From assembly GCA_965655095.1 (NCBI GenBank), contig OZ296649.1, positions 27,094,001 through 27,158,000 on the forward strand: a stretch of 64,000 bases of DNA. Direction: 5' to 3'. The translations under genes and the position numbers were made by a program. The notes under the pieces are model-generated. The model was not told where the DNA came from and searched no databases. It saw only the letters and a list, made by a program, of their open reading frames with translations. Position 1 is the first letter of the stretch; the number at the start of each line of letters is the position of its first letter. This stretch comes from Haplodiscus bocki. Lineage: Eukaryota. Below are positions 61,901 to 64,000 of the stretch, piece after piece.

Positions 61901-63249
61901 ATGGGGAGGGGGGTTACCGCACAGTTTGATGCTCACTGACGTAATATTGCAAGTCCACATTAGAAAATCATCAAACTATCGAAGGTCAGCTGTTTCATTC
62001 CACGTTATTAATACACTGCGACTGCTTAGTTTACCATCATGAAAACTTTGACAGCTTGTCAAACATCGATATCAAGATGTCGCTCTACTTCAACTTTCGG
62101 ATGAAAATTGTATGTTTGGAAAAAAATATTCTTTGCTCAAGCTAAATCAACTTCTTAGTGAACTACCTGCCATGCTTGAACGTATTCCACCCTCAGAAAT
62201 TGATCGACTAGTTCGCTTCTATGAAAAATTGTTCTCTCCAAGTCCTGCAAAAAACTGATGCTCAATATGAAAACACTCGACTTCATGAAGACGTACAATA
62301 GAAAATCCCTAAGGCATTGCTGCTCATTCTTAAAATACAAGGTTTTTGAGCTGTATCCGGCTTGTCTGGTTTCCTAAACAATCGGAATAGACAATTTTAC
62401 TTCGACCAGTGTAATCGACCATTCTACTTTTTTGACCATCGGAATGGACGAAACTCTAAAAAGTCATTAAAGTTTAGTCCTACTGGACTTTCGGCCGTCT
62501 GGAAAAAGGCGACAAACCAGAGCAGCCGGAGAATCAATAAAACACAATAATTATCCTCGATTCATCATTTTCTCCGGGGCTTCAATATTGTTGATTAAGT
62601 AATATCATCTACAATGTTTCGTCAAGTGTAAAAGAAACATTGTTTCGAAAAAATTCAATTCTACTTCCAATAACCCAGACAGTTTGTATATGAATTGAGC
62701 ACTTCTTATATGTAGATTGTTGAAAAGACGTACTTCATCAATTTCAGTGGTCCGCAAGAATTTATGATTTTTGTTCAATTTGAGGATGTTAAAGATTTTT
62801 CCGACTGAATAATGCATCAAGTACAAACAATTAAAACTACAAAGATTCGAACGAATGTTTTACAACGGTAATTTGACTGTCTCAAGAAACCACCAACTTT
62901 ATCTTCTGGTTAAAGCTCTAGCAATCTTCTTTGAAAGTAATCACAAAACGACAAGGTTTTTTCCCAAGCAGTTCTCCACAAAATCTCCGTAATGTTTATC
63001 GTTAATGCTGGTCGGGCACAAAAGAAGCCAGTGCTGAACTGTCGGCGAGGAATTCAATTTTTGAAACGCGGTCAACTTGCTTGCAGCACCTCCTTCATTG
63101 CGCAATTTGTGAGCAGACTTTTTGATTTTCAACCCCTCCTGCCTTCATTAAAATTGTCGGTTGAACAAACGCCCCTGAAGATGTGCAATGTAGTGCTGCA
63201 GCTTCTTGTAATTTTTGTCAGAGACTTATGCATTAACCAACCAACAGGT

Positions 63250-64000
63250 TCTGGAAATATTCCTAGCAGAATCAATAAAAACTTGACTCACTCCTTTGTT
63301 AATGAAAAACAGCTCAATTGCGTAGTCAAGAGCTTTGGGAATGTGCAACTTTACAGTCAGGCTCTACGCGGTAAGCTCAGAAATCATTATCAAGCTGTTG
63401 CTAGATTTTCCGGTTGATCTTAGGTCGAAAATGAGGAAAGGATGGTTGTCTTGAAATTCTTCCAATTTCACTTCGTTTCCTTTTTTGGTAAACCCAAGAG
63501 CCGTAATTGTGTTGTGATAAAGCTTGACCTTGTTGCTGGTGTTGTTTGTCCGTGTAAGAGGAACGCGATTTCCACGTTGGATCTCGACCCGCTGTAGAAG
63601 CATCTTTTGGTGGGCGAACGGTTAATAGTTCAAAGGATAGTTCAAGGGTGTGCTGTGAGAAAAGGAGAGTTTACCGTACGCGAACGCAATCGTCGGGTTG
63701 ACTCCGGTAAAAACATTCTGGTTCAGAAAGGAGTTTTTCCAGCTTGATTTTCGAAACTCTTCCTGGCTCTTGATATAGGGCTAGATGGCAACACTCGCCA
63801 CCAGAGCCTTTGCCATTGACATTTTCACTCTGTAACTGCAATTTTTCTCACAGAAGGCGAAGCCCGTTCAATGACGGCTTTTACTTCTCCATCGAGCGCT
63901 TTCGACCTCATCGTCTTTTGCTTACATGCAAAGCAGGGTATTTTCATTCGATCGGAAGACGGAAGTGAAGTGTCCAGGCACGAATTGCTTCTCACGATCG
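63250..64000 (-). pseudogene. Second Polinton-like major capsid relic (runs off the window end)
   Basis: KAVIERASPSVRKIAVT, VKMSMAKALV...PYIKS, NSFLNQNVF, then VKLYHNTITALGFTKKGNEVKLEEFQDNHPFLIFDLRST...ELTA, parallel to the MCP C-terminus at 11750-11940. Confidence 0.65.

Overview
Eukaryotic (animal), AT-rich, transposon-saturated genomic DNA. The only host gene I can support is a + strand kinesin-2 of the KIF17/OSM-3 type. It has 8 phase-consistent GT-AG coding exons from 4432 to 51703 (about 538 codons), and the 3' part was not found in the window. Intron 1 (25.8 kb) holds a tRNA-derived SINE, a decayed Polinton/Maverick-like virus module (ATPase, integrase, minor capsid, core protein, major capsid) and two unusual elements. 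The first is a ~12 kb Ty3/Gypsy element whose pol region ends in a TARG1-like macrodomain and which also carries accessory ORFs and a class-I-fusion-type env (RQRR furin site plus fusion peptide). The second is a Penelope-like element with a PHD finger inserted inside its RT domain. Intron 2 (14.9 kb) holds nested LINE, Gypsy and MULE debris, including an antisense zinc-finger ORF and a young inverted duplication. After exon 8 there is a near-intact minimal hammerhead ribozyme, more LINE and MULE debris, and a second, divergent Polinton-like capsid gene. All TE ORFs are broken by stops and frameshifts. Protein-family calls come from motif recognition by eye, not from database searches, and TE boundaries are approximate.
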